Virus record (IMG/VR): IMGVR_UViG_3300045125_000158
Location: 54,618 to 118,617 of that record
Direction: 5' to 3' (one strand)
DNA from: a virus
DNA: 64,000 nucleotides
This document shows, piece after piece, positions 62,093-64,000 of this stretch. A model generated the notes under the pieces. That model ran no database searches. It saw only the letters and a program-made list of their open reading frames with translations, and had not been told where the DNA came from. A program made the translations under genes and the position numbers. Numbering within the stretch: the stretch's first letter is position 1; each line of letters starts with the position of its first letter.

Positions 62093-63457
62093 TGTGCAAC
62101 TCCTGTTTTATATACATTATCTAGTTCTCTCTTTGCCCAAGCACCAACCACGTCACCCTGCAAATTATTTATTATAAACTTTTGTAAATGTATGTTTTTA
62201 TTTTGTTGCATTTTATAGTTATTCACAAAATCACGTAATGCATCCGCAAAATTATCTGTAAAATTTTCACCTAATTTTGGGAATTGATACTGATCCCAAT
62301 AATAAACATCTGTAAAATTTTCTGAAATTTCTAACTCATCAATATCAACTAAATAGCTATTGTTTTCATCAAGAAAATCTCGCGGACCCCCATAATTTAT
62401 TGTAATAACAGGCAAATCACACAAGAAGCCTCGCATAAAGGTAATCCGAAACCTTCACCACGACTTGTTAAAACAAATGCATCAAAAGCTGAGTAAAAAC
62501 TTGGCATCATATATTCTGGTATATTTTTGTAAGTAATGTAAATGTGCGGATGTTCAGGATATCTTTTCAATATATCGTCTATTTGTTTTCTTATTTTATT
62601 TTGTTGCTTGATAGATTTTTCCGCAATAAGTACTACTAAACTGACATCATCTTTTTTATTAAAAGCTTTACAAAAACTATGCAATAAAGCATCTGTTCCT
62701 TTTCTGTACCCAAAAGTTTGTACGCTAAGAAATTTAAAGCTTTTCAAAGCTGGCCTAGAAACCTACTGTATTTACAGTTTTCTTGTATAAATTACAATTT
62801 ATAATTGGATGTACTACATCAATTGTTTTTTTGTAACCGCTATCTATAAATGATTGTTTGCAAAAATTACTAGTAACCCACAATTTATCATAGGAATTTG
62901 CTATATCAATAAAATTCTGCGGCACTCTGTTTGTTTCTGCCGTCGTGTATAAAATATTATATGCCTTTTTTGTTTTTGCACTTTGCGTTGCGACTACACT
63001 ATCTATCAATATCGCATCACTGCCCAAAGGTTTTCGCAATAGAGACAAAATTCTAGTTTCAACTTCGTTCAATGTATTTTGATTGTTTACAGGCTCAATT
63101 GCTGTTACAGATTTATGACGATGTAGACAAAATGCTAAATTTCTATTAACCTTAGCGTAGCCCGTATTATCATAAAAATGTCCACGCACTATGACTTCAG
63201 TATTTTTACCACTTTCAATTGGCGTAACTTCTTCTTGTTTTTCCATCTGCATGTTGCTTATTTTAAACAGATTTTTTCAAGCCTATGATCGCCTATTTCT
63301 GTTATTTTAAATCCACCTAAGTGCACCATTTTTTGAAATGATCGACTTTTTGCACATAACAAAAATCAATATATTGCACAATATCACCAAGATATGGAAT
63401 TGATAAATCTATATCCTCAAGTTGTACAGAATTTCGGGTTTTGTTTATAAATTTCAT
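62089..63457 (-). CDS. GT4-family (GT-B) glycosyltransferase
   Basis: GHFYDNTGYAKVNR, YTTAET, DKLWVTSNF, FKFLSV...YRKGTD.LL, FDAFVLTSRGEGFGLPLCEA (Ex7E), LPVITINYGGPRDF; four fragments joined. Confidence 0.85.
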
Positions 63458-63471
63458 ATTCTTATATCGGC
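63458..63471 (-). promoter_or_regulatory. CGATA promoter-like motif (GCCGATA-N7-ATG)
   Basis: Directly downstream of a terminator; heads the GT4-protease-fibre 1 operon. Confidence 0.55.
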
Positions 63472-63476
63472 GCATC

Positions 63477-63523
63477 AAAAAACTCGCCAAAAATAACATC
63501 ATACACAGATGTTTATGGCGAGT
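63477..63523 (-). terminator. Rho-independent terminator-like hairpin
   Basis: ACTCGCCA (63482-89) / TGGCGAGT (63516-23) outer stem and AACATC/GATGTT inner stem, followed by T6 on the - strand. Confidence 0.65.
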
Positions 63524-63545
63524 ATTTTATTTATTGCCTAAATAA

Positions 63546-63716
63546 TTAAGATTGCTTCTCTTTAACATCCATCACGCATCTCTCAAATTTGTCAGTCTTC
63601 TTTGGACCTAATTTTGCATGGCAAACAGCCCATGGATTTGGATTCCATTCCTTTTTCTTGCCTTTCTTGCCTTTTTTCTTTGCTTCTTTATACGCTGCTG
63701 TAATTATTCTTTTCAT
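63546..63716 (-). CDS. Small Lys-rich basic protein (56 aa)
   Basis: SD GGGGAG then ATG 63716: MKRIITAAYKEAKKKGKKGKKKEWNPNPWAVCHAKLGPKKTDKFERCV. Confidence 0.7.
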   Translation of the reverse strand: MKRIITAAYKEAKKKGKKGKKKEWNPNPWAVCHAKLGPKKTDKFERCVMDVKEKQS

Positions 63717-63726
63717 ATAGCTCCCC

Positions 63727-64000
63727 TTATGCCTTAAAAAATGGTGCAAGTATAGCCATATCTTTTGCAGTCATCTTGTTGTCGCCAAGAGAATCTACCG
63801 AAATAGGCTCTACCATCAATTCTACAGTCTGCGACAAGAGTCCTTCAAGCTCATTTTGAAATGTAGCCATATTTTCTGGCTTCACTCTTATCACATTTTC
63901 TGTTTGTAGCAGGTCGCCATATTTCTTAACAAGATTCTGTCTGTCTATCTCATATGCATCAAATTTTTGACGCAATTTCCCCGCTGCCAACGATAGCATA
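63727..64000 (-). CDS. Phage protein, DUF1617-like (5' end outside the window)
   Basis: YEIDRQNLVKKYG...IRVKPENMATFQNELEGLLSQTVEL...ISVDSL pattern. Confidence 0.5.
   Translation of the reverse strand, partial: MLSLAAGKLRQKFDAYEIDRQNLVKKYGDLLQTENVIRVKPENMATFQNELEGLLSQTVELMVEPISVDSLGDNKMTAKDMAILAPFFKA

Noticed and set aside
1315-62790. Short + strand ORFs in the track
   Set aside because: All are antisense shadows of - strand genes, with no recognisable motifs
1-64000. Mass pseudogenisation or programmed frameshifting suggested by dozens of broken ORFs
   Set aside because: Breaks hit most genes, including rmlA, rmlB and hsp20, fall mostly in homopolymers and leave catalytic motifs intact. 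This is the signature of uncorrected long-read indels; individual programmed shifts cannot be excluded without reads
1-64000. Stop-codon reassignment (code 4 or 15), as in some large phages
   Set aside because: Fragments continue in different frames rather than through in-frame stops, and TGA and TAA act as real stops in ATGA/TAATG overlaps; the in-frame TGA at 26337 is followed by an SD-like AAAGG and ATG
1-64000. tRNA, rRNA or structured ncRNA genes
   Set aside because: Intergenic gaps are short and AT-rich and none showed a cloverleaf or rRNA-like sequence by eye; a tRNAscan/Infernal run would be needed to be certain

Overview
The window looks like part of the structural (late) region of a large, AT-rich tailed bacteriophage genome. 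All credible genes are on the - strand and tightly packed, with ATGA/TAATG overlaps, GGAG/GAGG Shine-Dalgarno sites and the standard code. Frequent single-base indels, mostly in homopolymers and probably long-read errors, split real genes into the fragments seen in the ORF track, so I rejoined them by reading across frames. In transcription order (right to left): GT4 and GT9-like glycosyltransferases and a subtilisin-like protease; a ~2,800-aa Ser-Gly-Tyr (SGY) repeat fibre with an adaptor/tip cassette; a ~4,000-aa SGY fibre; a ~16-kb glycan-synthesis block (an apparent ~3,200-aa glycosyltransferase/methyltransferase mega-enzyme, RmlB, an NRS/ER-type epimerase-reductase, RmlA, sugar O-methyltransferases, GT2/GT9); a third ~1,200-aa SGY fibre with adaptor and beta-propeller tip; a head-tail adaptor-like protein, LAGLIDADG endonuclease, Hsp20, PhoH, a large unknown protein, an actin-like ATPase, neck/tail-completion-like proteins and another GT4. 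The best candidate for a new system is a self-contained virion glycofibre locus: giant fibres with Ser at every third residue, interleaved with their own methyl-rhamnose glycan assembly line. A recurrent CGATA-N7-ATG motif suggests leaderless late promoters. All family calls come from motif recognition by eye; no database search was run.
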